A DNA stretch of 32,915 bases, taken from contig JAZBOO010000066.1 of the NCBI GenBank assembly GCA_036351155.1, positions 1 to 32,915 on the forward strand, written 5' to 3'. Numbering within the stretch: position 1 is the stretch's first letter; each line of letters begins with the position of its first letter. The translations under genes and the position numbers were made by a program. Below are positions 1 through 8,301 of this stretch, piece by piece. Source of the DNA: Candidatus Krumholzibacteriia bacterium. Lineage in GTDB: Bacteria > Krumholzibacteriota > Krumholzibacteriia > LZORAL124-64-63. Below the pieces are notes generated by a model. The model saw only the letters and a program-made list of their open reading frames with translations. It searched no databases and was not told where the DNA came from.

Positions 1-1
1 G

Positions 2-1024
2 ATCACGGTGGAATCAATCGACGCCACCGGAGCCCTGGTAGAGCAGGTGACGGTACCCACCCGGCGCGATTCGATCCCCGGTCAACCAGGCGGCCTGTCC
101 ACCTTCCGCATCATGGCGGACTTCTGGGGCGAGCCCTCTTTCAGCACCCCAGTTTCCGGTTACTCGCGGGATGACATCGCCCCGGAAGCGCCCACGGAAT
201 TGACCGCGAACTCCGCCTTGAACGGGGCACACCTGACCTGGAGCCCCTCGGTCAGTCAGGATGTCCACCACTACAACCTGTATTACAGCTACAGCGCCGA
301 CTCGACTCCCTACTTCCCCTGGGCCACCGTGCAGACCGACACCACGGTCACCACCGGGGTGCGACCCGGGTTTATCGCCTACTTCCGGGTGGCGGCGGTG
401 GACACGGCGGGGCAAATCGGCCCCCAATCGGAAGTGGCGTCCTGCGTCATGCCCCCGGTGGTGGAGTTCACCCAGGCCGTCGCCGGCACCGAAGGCAACC
501 ATCTGGTCACCTTGACCTGGAGCCTGGAAGCGATCGACGCGGTTCCTGAATTTGCCCTGTTCCGACGCTTGGCTCCGGCTGAGATCTGGGAGCCCCTGGT
601 GCGAGATGTGGTGGAAAAAGAGGACGGGGTATTCGAGATGATCGACACGGCCCTGCCCGCCGGATGTGAGGTGGCCTACCGCATCGACCTGAAGGTGGGC
701 GACGGGAGCTGGCCTCTCCTGGAAACCGACACCATCACCATGCCCTCCACTCCCTTGTCGTTGACCTGTCAGGGCAATCCGTTCCGGGAAACCACACGCC
801 TCATGATGTACTTGCCTGAGCGCGCATCGGTGGGGCTGGATGTTTTCGATGTGCGAGGGCGCCGGGTGGCCGACCTGCACCATGCCCCCCTGAGCGGAGG
901 CTGGCACCCCATCGTTTGGACCGGACAAGACGACAGGGGACAACGGCTGAGTGCCGGTTTGTACTTTGCCGTTCTGCGCAGTGAGAAGCAGCAGCTGATC
1001 CGCAAGATCACCTTGCTCAGATGA
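2..1024 (+). CDS. Secreted/surface protein with fibronectin type III repeats and C-terminal FlgD-Ig / T9SS-like sorting domain (5'-truncated)
   Basis: Frame is open from the window start. FN3-like segment DDIAPEAPTELTA...HLTWSPS...YNLY...YFRVAAVDTAG. C-terminal NPFRETT...LDVFDVRGRRV...WTGQDDRGQRLSAGLYF...RKITLLR is typical of FlgD_ig/Por-tail domains. Confidence 0.8.
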   Translation: MTVESIDATGALVEQVTVPTRRDSIPGQPGGLSTFRIMADFWGEPSFSTPVSGYSRDDIAPEAPTELTANSALNGAHLTWSPSVSQDVHHYNLYYSYSADSTPYFPWATVQTDTTVTTGVRPGFIAYFRVAAVDTAGQIGPQSEVASCVMPPVVEFTQAVAGTEGNHLVTLTWSLEAIDAVPEFALFRRLAPAEIWEPLVRDVVEKEDGVFEMIDTALPAGCEVAYRIDLKVGDGSWPLLETDTITMPSTPLSLTCQGNPFRETTRLMMYLPERASVGLDVFDVRGRRVADLHHAPLSGGWHPIVWTGQDDRGQRLSAGLYFAVLRSEKQQLIRKITLLR

Positions 1025-1026
1025 GT

Positions 1027-2622
1027 TCAGTCGTACAGGTCCTGTACCTTGTAGATGCTGACATACAGCCGGATGGTGCAGCCGCCAACCGTGCGCGTAT
1101 AAAAGCGTTGACCATCGTAGATGCCGTAGTTCCAGGTCAGGTCCCAGTTGCCCATGACCTCGTCGGCCGTGCCCACATCGTAATCCCAGGCGGTGCCGGT
1201 CAGGCGCAAGGTGCCGCGGCCATCGAGGTAGAGGTTCGCGTTGATGGGAGCGCTGTTGATCTGAATTTCCCCGCCGGCAGGAACCACGATGAAATCGTCC
1301 GCAGCCAGACTGGCCACCTCGGTGGTTCCCGCGTCCGTGGTCACGCTGAAGGTGTAGTACACCTCGGGGGCGGGACTGAACGAACCGTCACACCCTTCGG
1401 TGATCACACGCAGCTTGTCCACGGTGAAGGCATACTCGGCGCCGGTGGGCTCCTGGTACTCGGGAGTGCAATCGTTGATGGTATACTCGGCGGTTTCGCT
1501 GACCCCGGCGATGCTGTTGTCGGCGAGGTTGCGCACGATGTAGGACAGAGGCCGGGCCGAGGTCAACGGAGCGTCGGCCGCGAAATACTGCCCCAGGCGG
1601 CCCGTGGTGATCAGTTCCACCACGCCGTCATCCACCCCGCCCACGGTGGACACCCGAATTTCCGAGGCGTTCAGCACGGCCAGATGCTCAGCATCGATGG
1701 ATCCGGTGCTGATGCTGGCCCGGGTGGCGATCAGCGCCGCCTCCATCTCCTCGGTGGTGTGGGTCGAGGTCATGGTCATCAAGAGCATGCGACCGTACAC
1801 GATGTTCGAGATGTAGGTGGGCGGGTTGTTCGGCCCGATACGGCCGAGATCAATCTGCTCGTTCAACCGCTCCTCGGTGAAGCTGCTGCTGAATAAGGTG
1901 GACGGGGTCTGGGGCAGCACCACCGAGGCGGTGAACATCGTCTGGGTGAAGTACGCCGTCAGAGTGTTCTCCTCGACGCTGGCCTCGTAGGCCAGAGAAG
2001 ACAGCACATCGCTGCTCAGATAGCGCAGGGAGAACCCGAGCTCCAGCGCGGCCTGCTCCAGCGAGTAGGTGGTGCACTGCTCCAGGATCAAGCTCGTGCC
2101 GGCCACATGGCCGCTGCTTGATGCCAGCTGAATCAGTTCTCCCAGGGCCGTGGCCATGGTGGCGGGGTCGGGATTCTCGACGGTGCGGGTGACCTCTTCG
2201 GTGAACCGGTCGATGAAAATGGTCAAGGGCGCACGCTGACGGATAGGCAACTCGTCCAGGGATTCCAGGCCCCCCGCATGGGACTGCCCCTGAAGCAATC
2301 CCCCCAGCCACATGACCTGGGAATCCGGGCTGAACACCGTGATTTCCTCGGGCGTTTCGGTGAGGGAATGGCGGGACACCAGGCATTCGTAGCCGGTCCC
2401 GTTGTAAAACTGCGTCGAGTCCATGGGAGCGGAGACCATGATGTTTTCCGAGGACAGCTGAGGAGAAAACTCCAGCCAGGAGGGTAAACTCAACAGGTAT
2501 TCATCCACATCGGCACGGACCGGGCCAGGGTTGGTGGGATCTTTCTCAGCGCCGCAACCGGCCCCCAGCAGGACCAGCATGGCCAGGAGCAGCATGTTCA
2601 AAAGCACTGGCTTGGAGATCAT
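1027..2622 (-). CDS. Thiol-activated cytolysin family (CDC-like) lipoprotein, copy A, 531 aa
   Basis: Start reassigned to ATG at 2622 (MISKPVLL...), giving a signal peptide with lipobox LGAG-C23. CDC core motifs YISNIVYGR, STVGG diglycine, PLSY and RAPLTIFID. No ECTGLAWEWWR undecapeptide. Confidence 0.85.
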   Translation of the reverse strand: MISKPVLLNMLLLAMLVLLGAGCGAEKDPTNPGPVRADVDEYLLSLPSWLEFSPQLSSENIMVSAPMDSTQFYNGTGYECLVSRHSLTETPEEITVFSPDSQVMWLGGLLQGQSHAGGLESLDELPIRQRAPLTIFIDRFTEEVTRTVENPDPATMATALGELIQLASSSGHVAGTSLILEQCTTYSLEQAALELGFSLRYLSSDVLSSLAYEASVEENTLTAYFTQTMFTASVVLPQTPSTLFSSSFTEERLNEQIDLGRIGPNNPPTYISNIVYGRMLLMTMTSTHTTEEMEAALIATRASISTGSIDAEHLAVLNASEIRVSTVGGVDDGVVELITTGRLGQYFAADAPLTSARPLSYIVRNLADNSIAGVSETAEYTINDCTPEYQEPTGAEYAFTVDKLRVITEGCDGSFSPAPEVYYTFSVTTDAGTTEVASLAADDFIVVPAGGEIQINSAPINANLYLDGRGTLRLTGTAWDYDVGTADEVMGNWDLTWNYGIYDGQRFYTRTVGGCTIRLYVSIYKVQDLYD

Positions 2623-2663
2623 CTTGGGTTCCGATCTTTGGAGACGGCCTGTGGTCTTCCGGA

Positions 2664-2758
2664 CCTCTGGACAAACAATAGTGTTTTTATCCGCTTTCAA
2701 GAGAACACTCAAACGGATAAAAAAGCGAACCTTTTTTTGCTTTGATCAGATCCAGAGG
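2664..2758. promoter_or_regulatory. AT-rich nested inverted repeats upstream of cytolysin copy A
   Basis: Perfect 10-bp IR TTTTTATCCG (2684-2693) / CGGATAAAAA (2714-2723). Outer 8-bp IR CCTCTGGA (2664-2671) / TCCAGAGG (2751-2758). Confidence 0.5.
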
Positions 2759-2781
2759 CTGTCTGTGGGCAAGATTCGCTG

Positions 2782-2815
2782 AAAAAAGGCCCGCCCCCCC
2801 GTGGGGAGCGGGCCT
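2782..2815 (-). terminator. Rho-independent terminator after cytolysin copy B
   Basis: Minus strand reads AGGCCCGCTCCCCACGGGGGGGCGGGCCTTTTTT: a GC-rich stem-loop followed by U6, about 25 nt after the stop at 2840. Confidence 0.85.
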
Positions 2816-2839
2816 GTTGCCCTGTTTCATCTGGTCAGG

Positions 2840-4435
2840 TCAATCGTAAAGGTCGTTCACCTTGTTGATGCTGACATACACCCGGATGGAACAGCCGCCT
2901 CCGCTGCGGGTGAAGTACCGCTGGCCGTTGCTCACCCCGTAGTTCCAGCTCAGGTCCCAGTTGCCCATGACCTCGTCGGCGCTGCCCGAATCGTAGTCCC
3001 AGGCCGTACCGGTCATGCGCAAGGTCCCGTCACCGTTGGCGTAGAGGCTGGCGAAGCGAGGCGCGCTGTTGATATTGACTTCCCCACCTTCGGAAAGAAC
3101 GACGTAATCATCCGCGGAACGGTCGGCGATCACGGTGGTGCCCGAATCGCGGATCAAGCTGAAGCTGTAGTACACCTCGGGCGAAGGGCCGATCAGCCCG
3201 TCGCAACCATCGGAAATCAGGCGCAGCTTGTCGACGGTGAAAGAGTAACGCGCTCCGGTGGGGACCAGGTCCTCGGCGGTGCAGCTGTTGATGGCGTACT
3301 CGGTGGTCTCGCTGACCTTGGCGATGCTGTTGTCCGCCAGGTTGCGCACGGTGTAGGACAGGGGCCGGGCCGAGGTCAGCGGCGCGTCGGCCGCGAAGTA
3401 CTGCCCCAGCTGTCCGGTGGAAATCAGGTTCTCCACCCCATCGTCCACGCCACCCACGGTGGACACCCGGATTTCCGAATTTTCCAGGACCGTCAGGTGC
3501 GATCCGTCGATGGACCCGCTGCCGATGCTGGCCCGGCTGGCGCTCAGGGCCGCCTGCATGTCTTCGACGCTGTAGGTCGAGGTCATCGTCAGCATGAGCA
3601 TGCGGCCGTACACGATGTTCGAGATGTAGGTGGGCGGGTTGTTCGGTCCGATGCGGCCCAGATCGATCTGCTCGTTCAGCCGCTCCTCGGTGAAGCTGCT
3701 GCTGAAGAAATCGGACGGGGTCTGGGGCAGCACCACCGAGGCGGTGAACATCTTCTGGGTGAAGTAGGCCGTCAGGGTGTTTTCCTCGACGGTGGAATCG
3801 TAGGACAGCGAGGAGCGCACGTTGTTGCCCAGGTAATTCACCGAGATGTTCAGATCCAGGGCCGCCTGCTCGAGCGAATAGGTGGTTTTCTGGTCGAAGA
3901 AGATGCTGCTGCCGGCCACATGACCACTGTTGGTGGCCAGCTGGATCAGGTCGCCGATGGCCACCGCCATGGACGAAGGATCGGGATCCTCGACGGTGCG
4001 CGTGACATCATCGGTCAACAGGTCGATGAAGATGGTCAGCGGCGCCCGCTGCCGGATGGGCAGCTCGCCCAGCGATCCCAGCCCCCCCGCGTAGGCCTGC
4101 CCCTGCAGCAACGAGCCCAGCCACATGATCTCGGAATCGGGACTGAACACCGTGATCTCTTCGGGAGTCTCGGTGATGCTGTAGTAGGACACTTCACAGT
4201 CGTAGTCGGTGCCGTTGTAGCTCTGGGAGGAATCCACGGGCCCCGAGACCAGGATATTCTCCGAGCTCATCTGGGGAGAGAATTCGGCCCAGGAGGGCAG
4301 CGCCCTCATGTATTCGTCAACATCGGCGGCGCCGGGACCGGGCTTGGTGGGGTTGTCTTCGCTGCTGCAACCGGCCCAGAGCATGACGGTCAAGGCCAAG
4401 AGCAGAACTTTCAAAGGCAGTTTATGGGTGTTCAT
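2840..4435 (-). CDS. Thiol-activated cytolysin family (CDC-like) lipoprotein, copy B, 531 aa
   Basis: Start reassigned to ATG at 4435 (MNTHKLPL...), lipobox LWAG-C23. Same CDC core motifs as copy A and colinear with it. Confidence 0.85.
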   Translation of the reverse strand: MNTHKLPLKVLLLALTVMLWAGCSSEDNPTKPGPGAADVDEYMRALPSWAEFSPQMSSENILVSGPVDSSQSYNGTDYDCEVSYYSITETPEEITVFSPDSEIMWLGSLLQGQAYAGGLGSLGELPIRQRAPLTIFIDLLTDDVTRTVEDPDPSSMAVAIGDLIQLATNSGHVAGSSIFFDQKTTYSLEQAALDLNISVNYLGNNVRSSLSYDSTVEENTLTAYFTQKMFTASVVLPQTPSDFFSSSFTEERLNEQIDLGRIGPNNPPTYISNIVYGRMLMLTMTSTYSVEDMQAALSASRASIGSGSIDGSHLTVLENSEIRVSTVGGVDDGVENLISTGQLGQYFAADAPLTSARPLSYTVRNLADNSIAKVSETTEYAINSCTAEDLVPTGARYSFTVDKLRLISDGCDGLIGPSPEVYYSFSLIRDSGTTVIADRSADDYVVLSEGGEVNINSAPRFASLYANGDGTLRMTGTAWDYDSGSADEVMGNWDLSWNYGVSNGQRYFTRSGGGCSIRVYVSINKVNDLYD

Positions 4436-4546
4436 CTCGGTTTCCGTTTCTTTGAAGGCGAGGACCCTGAAAGGCAAGTGATTTTGTCTTCTATTGGGTG
4501 ACGCGCAAACGAAACCGGAAAGCGATCATGGTATTTTGAGTTTTTT

Positions 4547-5500
4547 TCAGGGGGCGAAATCCACCCTGCACAGATGAATGACCGATTCTCCCGTGGAAAC
4601 CAGCCCCAGCCGGCCGTCCGGGGTGAAAAAGACCTCGAAACCGGCGATTCCCTCGGGCATCACGACATCCGGCGCCACGGACTTCAGATTTCCATCGGTC
4701 ACCCGCAGAGTGGTCGGCGCGTCTTCATCGTCCGAGGCCAGGGTGAACCAGTAGCGGCCCTGGGGGTCGCGCCCGCCCAGGCCGGTGAGGAAGGTCACGC
4801 TCATGGTCACGGTTTCGCCGTCGTCGCTTTCGGATATGCGGCTGGTGTCCCGCGTCGGCACCAGCTCCCGGTCCCAGACCACTTCGCCGTCCTGGCTCAC
4901 CAGGAAAACGCGGCCCGACAGGGGGTTCAGCAGGAGGCATAGTCCTTCGTCGTGGGGCAAGATTTGCTGATTGCGGCAGGTCTTGAAGGATTCGAAGAAA
5001 TCGGTGGGACAGGACGTGCCAAAGGGGGAAGCCACCGTGCCGTCCTCGTTCAGGAAGGCCGCCGACTGATCCCCCACCCCCATGACCGCCGCCAGCTTGC
5101 CGTCCAGAACCGCGGGGGCCGAGTATTGAAGACCTGGCACCAGTGTGCGTCGGTACTCCCCATCCAGCCCGAACACCGTGATGCGCGCCATTTCGAAAAC
5201 CCACAGTTCCTCCTGGAAGAGAACCATCCCCCGCGGATTCTCGAACTCCCCCGGCCCCTGACCACAGCGGCCAAAGGTATTCAGAAGTTCCCACTCACCG
5301 TCCACGTGCATGACCTGGCATTCGCCCGAGTTGAGCAGGTACCAGGTCCCGTCGCCGGCCGCCTGCACGCTCATGGGTCCGTGCAGGAAGAGGTCGTCGC
5401 CCTCGGATCCGAGGGAACGTTCGATGGTGACCTGGGCAGCCGTGGCAGGAAGGGCCAGAGCACAGAAACAAAGAAGGGCGATCCAGCAGGCGCGGCGCAT
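4547..5500 (-). CDS. Secreted 6-bladed beta-propeller / NHL-repeat protein, 317 aa
   Basis: Start reassigned to ATG at 5500 (MRRACWIALLCFCALALPATAA, Sec signal). NHL signature FGRCGQGPGEFENPRGM. The longer ORF-track N-terminus overlaps pseB on the opposite strand. Confidence 0.75.
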   Translation of the reverse strand: MRRACWIALLCFCALALPATAAQVTIERSLGSEGDDLFLHGPMSVQAAGDGTWYLLNSGECQVMHVDGEWELLNTFGRCGQGPGEFENPRGMVLFQEELWVFEMARITVFGLDGEYRRTLVPGLQYSAPAVLDGKLAAVMGVGDQSAAFLNEDGTVASPFGTSCPTDFFESFKTCRNQQILPHDEGLCLLLNPLSGRVFLVSQDGEVVWDRELVPTRDTSRISESDDGETVTMSVTFLTGLGGRDPQGRYWFTLASDDEDAPTTLRVTDGNLKSVAPDVVMPEGIAGFEVFFTPDGRLGLVSTGESVIHLCRVDFAP

Positions 5501-5595
5501 ATCATACCCCCGGCAATGAATGACAGAAAAGCAGGCTGATCCAGTATACGTGCCAGTTGACCAAAGGTGACAAGGGCACCCCGGCCAAGATTCTG

Positions 5596-5623
5596 TTGAC
5601 TCCCGGTGGGCGGATGGGATACT
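5596..5623 (+). promoter_or_regulatory. Putative sigma70 promoter of pseB
   Basis: TTGACT-16 nt-GATACT with a TGn extension, 45 nt upstream of ATG 5669. Confidence 0.45.
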
Positions 5624-5668
5624 GGAAACATAAGGATTTCTGGAGACCAACGACCACAAGGGATCGCC

Positions 5669-6703
5669 ATGGAAAAGATAGAGGGCAACATCAAGGACGA
5701 CAATAAAACCGACTATCTGGACGGGAAAACCGTCCTGATCACCGGAGGCACCGGCTCGCTGGGCAAGGCCCTGGTTCACCGTTTCCTGACCACCGGTGTG
5801 CGCAAGATCATCATCTACTCGCGGGACGAGTTCAAGCAGTTCAACATGGAGCGGCAGTTCCGCAACCACAAGGATCGGCTACGCTTCTTCATTGGTGATG
5901 TGCGCGACCGCCATCGTCTGTACCGGGCTTTCACCGGAGTCGACATCGTCATCCACGCGGCGGCTCTCAAGCATGTCCACCTCATGGAATACAACCCCAA
6001 CGAGGCCGTGAACACCAACATCACCGGGGCCAGCAACATCATCGACGCCGCCATCGACTGCGACGTGGAAAAGGTGGTGTCCCTGTCCACCGACAAGGCC
6101 GTCAATCCCATCAACATTTACGGGGCGACCAAGCTGGTCAGCGACAAGCTGTTCCGCCATGCCCACGCCTACGGCGGCGAAGAGGGACCCTCGTTCATCA
6201 CCGTGCGCTACGGCAACGTCATGGGCAGTCGGGGGTCGGTCGTGCCCTTCTTCCGGGACCTGGCCGCCAAGCAATCACCCACCTTGCCCATCACCGACAT
6301 GCGCATGACCCGCTTCTGGATCACCATGGACCAGAGCGTGGACCTGGTCATTGGCGCCCTCAACGATGGTCTGGGAGGCGAGGTCTTCATCTCTCGCATC
6401 CCCAGCTGCCGGATCACCGACCTGGCCGAAGCCATTCACCCCGGTGCCCGGCTGGTGGAAACCGGCATCCGGCCCGGCGAGAAGCTTCATGAGGATTTGC
6501 TGACCGAGGACGAAGCCCGCAGCACCTACGACTACGGCGACCACCTGGTGGTGTATCCATTGGTTTTGCTGGAGGATCCTGGCGACCGGTTGAAGCCAGG
6601 CGGAGAGCTGGTCCCGCGTGGATTTCGCTACTCTTCGGACAACAACTCCGAGATGTTGAACGTGGCTCAGCTCCGAGAAATGTTGAAAGACCCTCTGGAC
6701 TAG
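5669..6703 (+). CDS. pseB: UDP-N-acetylglucosamine 4,6-dehydratase (inverting), PseB
   Basis: TGGTGSLG, YSRDEFKQ, FFIGDVRD, HAAALKHV, LSTDKAVNPINIYGATK, RYGNVMGSRGSVVPFF, MTRFWIT and GIRPGEKLHE motifs. Confidence 0.92.
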   Translation: MEKIEGNIKDDNKTDYLDGKTVLITGGTGSLGKALVHRFLTTGVRKIIIYSRDEFKQFNMERQFRNHKDRLRFFIGDVRDRHRLYRAFTGVDIVIHAAALKHVHLMEYNPNEAVNTNITGASNIIDAAIDCDVEKVVSLSTDKAVNPINIYGATKLVSDKLFRHAHAYGGEEGPSFITVRYGNVMGSRGSVVPFFRDLAAKQSPTLPITDMRMTRFWITMDQSVDLVIGALNDGLGGEVFISRIPSCRITDLAEAIHPGARLVETGIRPGEKLHEDLLTEDEARSTYDYGDHLVVYPLVLLEDPGDRLKPGGELVPRGFRYSSDNNSEMLNVAQLREMLKDPLD

Positions 6704-6733
6704 CCCGGACAATTCATGAGGGCCAGTGCTCTG

Positions 6734-8248
6734 TCAGGAGAGGTCGGCCACCTTTTTCTTCAGGGCCAGCTTGTCCGGCTTGCCCGAGCTGTTGCGGGGC
6801 AGCCCGTCCAGAAATTCGATCCCCTTGGGCCACAGGGTGCGGTCCAGTTCCTTTTCGCAGAACTTCTGCAAGGCGCCCTCGCACGCTTTTCCCTCGGGAT
6901 GCACGGCAAAAAGATAAACCGCCTCCCCCAGCACCAGGTCGGGAATTCCCACCACAGCGGCTTCGGTCATTCCGGCAAAGGCGAGCAGGGTCTCCTCGAT
7001 TTGCCGGCAGCTGACGCGCTTGCCTCCGCATTTCAGGAAGTCGCGGGCCCGGTCGACGATCTTGATGTATCCGTCTTCGTCGACAGTGGCCAGGTCGCCG
7101 GTGCGCAGTCCTCCGGAAAAATTCTTCGCGGTGGCTTCCGGATTGTTCCAGTATCCCAGAGTAATATTGGGGCCCGTGGCCACGATCTCCCCCACCGTCC
7201 CGGGTTTTACCGGACACCCATTTTCATCCAGCACGTTCAGGCGAGTGCTGGCCAATCCCTTGCCGATGGATCCAGGGTGCTGATGGCGCTCTTCGGGAGA
7301 AATGCAGGACAGCCTGGCCGTGGCTTCGGTTTGCCCGTACATGATGAAAACCCGGGCCCGGGGAAGTGCTTCTTCCAGCTCGTCGATGAAGATCTGCGCC
7401 AGCTTTCCCCCGGCCTGCTGAACCTTGACCAGGTGGGGAAGGTCCATCTTTTTCAAGCTGCTTCGGCGCAAGAGGATCTGGTAGGTGCTGGGCACCCCCG
7501 CCAGGCTGGTGCAGCGCGTTTCGACCAGGTTGTTCAGGACTTTTTCGGGAAAAAGGAAACGATTGTCCACCACCACCGAGCCCCCTGCCATCAGATGGGT
7601 GTGCAACAGTGAGGTGCCAAAGCAGTAGTAGAAGGGCAATACGGCCATCATGCGGTCATCGGGTCCGATATCCATCGAGGTGATGATATCAGCCGTGTTG
7701 GCCAGAATGTTGCCGTGACTGACCATGACCCCACGCGGCGTGGCCGTGGAACCGGAGGTGAACATGATGACGGCCAGATCATCCTTTCCCTGATCGCACA
7801 CCAGGGGGGCGGTTGCCGTGCCCAGCTCATCCATGGTCACCAGTTCGGCGTCAGATTCCAGCCGGGGCGGCCGAGCATCCGAGACCACCAGTTCTACCCC
7901 CGAACCCGAGAGATCCAGTCTCCGCAACCACTTCGCCTGCACGAAGGCCACACCCGGTTCGGTCGCCTCCAGTACGCTGGCCAGAAAATCCGGGGAGGAA
8001 GGAACAGCCAGAGGCACACTCACGCCGCCGGCCAGAGCCACGCCCAGATAGGCTTGAACCCAGAACAGGGAAGATTCTCCCATCAGCAGAACGCGATCAC
8101 CCGCCTTCAGTCCCCGGCTTTTGAGGAAGTGGGCCACTTTGTGAGCCTGGACCTTCAGTTCGCCGTAGGTGGCATCACCTTGCTGGGTCAACAGGGCCTT
8201 CTTGTCCAGCGGAGCAGGATTATTCAGCAAGGATTCGGCAAAATTCAT
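6734..8248 (-). CDS. AMP-binding (ANL family) acyl-CoA synthetase
   Basis: MFTSGSTATPRG P-loop, MYGQTE, RTGDL, DRARDFLKCGG and LPRNSSGKPDK motifs. Confidence 0.9.
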   Translation of the reverse strand: MNFAESLLNNPAPLDKKALLTQQGDATYGELKVQAHKVAHFLKSRGLKAGDRVLLMGESSLFWVQAYLGVALAGGVSVPLAVPSSPDFLASVLEATEPGVAFVQAKWLRRLDLSGSGVELVVSDARPPRLESDAELVTMDELGTATAPLVCDQGKDDLAVIMFTSGSTATPRGVMVSHGNILANTADIITSMDIGPDDRMMAVLPFYYCFGTSLLHTHLMAGGSVVVDNRFLFPEKVLNNLVETRCTSLAGVPSTYQILLRRSSLKKMDLPHLVKVQQAGGKLAQIFIDELEEALPRARVFIMYGQTEATARLSCISPEERHQHPGSIGKGLASTRLNVLDENGCPVKPGTVGEIVATGPNITLGYWNNPEATAKNFSGGLRTGDLATVDEDGYIKIVDRARDFLKCGGKRVSCRQIEETLLAFAGMTEAAVVGIPDLVLGEAVYLFAVHPEGKACEGALQKFCEKELDRTLWPKGIEFLDGLPRNSSGKPDKLALKKKVADLS

Positions 8249-8301
8249 GGTCAGTTCATTTCCTGTGAATATGTTCAGGGGAGATTGGGCGAGAAAACTT
8301 T

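Larger units (their letters stand above)
1027..4456 (-). repeat. Tandem gene duplication, period 1813 bp
   Basis: Starts (2622/4435) and stops (1027/2840) are both offset by exactly 1813 bp. Long near-identical DNA tracts (about 1793-1939 vs 3606-3752). About 20 nt upstream of the ATG is also similar (caaagatcggaacccaag vs caaagaaacggaaaccgag). Confidence 0.9.

Noticed and set aside
1793..3752. Recent gene conversion between the cytolysin copies
   Set aside because: The identical protein tract still contains several synonymous substitutions, so purifying selection is the simpler explanation.
2801..4501. 566-aa plus-strand ORF (and 1021-1896) antisense to the cytolysins, the two resembling each other
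   Set aside because: These are shadow frames of GC-rich genes. Their mutual similarity follows from the duplication, and they contain no recognisable motifs.
5540..5556. sigma54-like CTGGCACGTATACTGGA (minus strand) upstream of the beta-propeller gene
   Set aside because: The -24 element is perfect but the -12 element reads CTGG instead of TTGC. It remains possible but is not supportable.
5501..5869. Long N-terminal extensions in the ORF track (also on the ORFs starting at 23993, 25651, 29922, 18644 and 10492)
   Set aside because: They overlap neighbouring real genes or promoters. Downstream starts with RBS or stop-start coupling fit the domain boundaries better.
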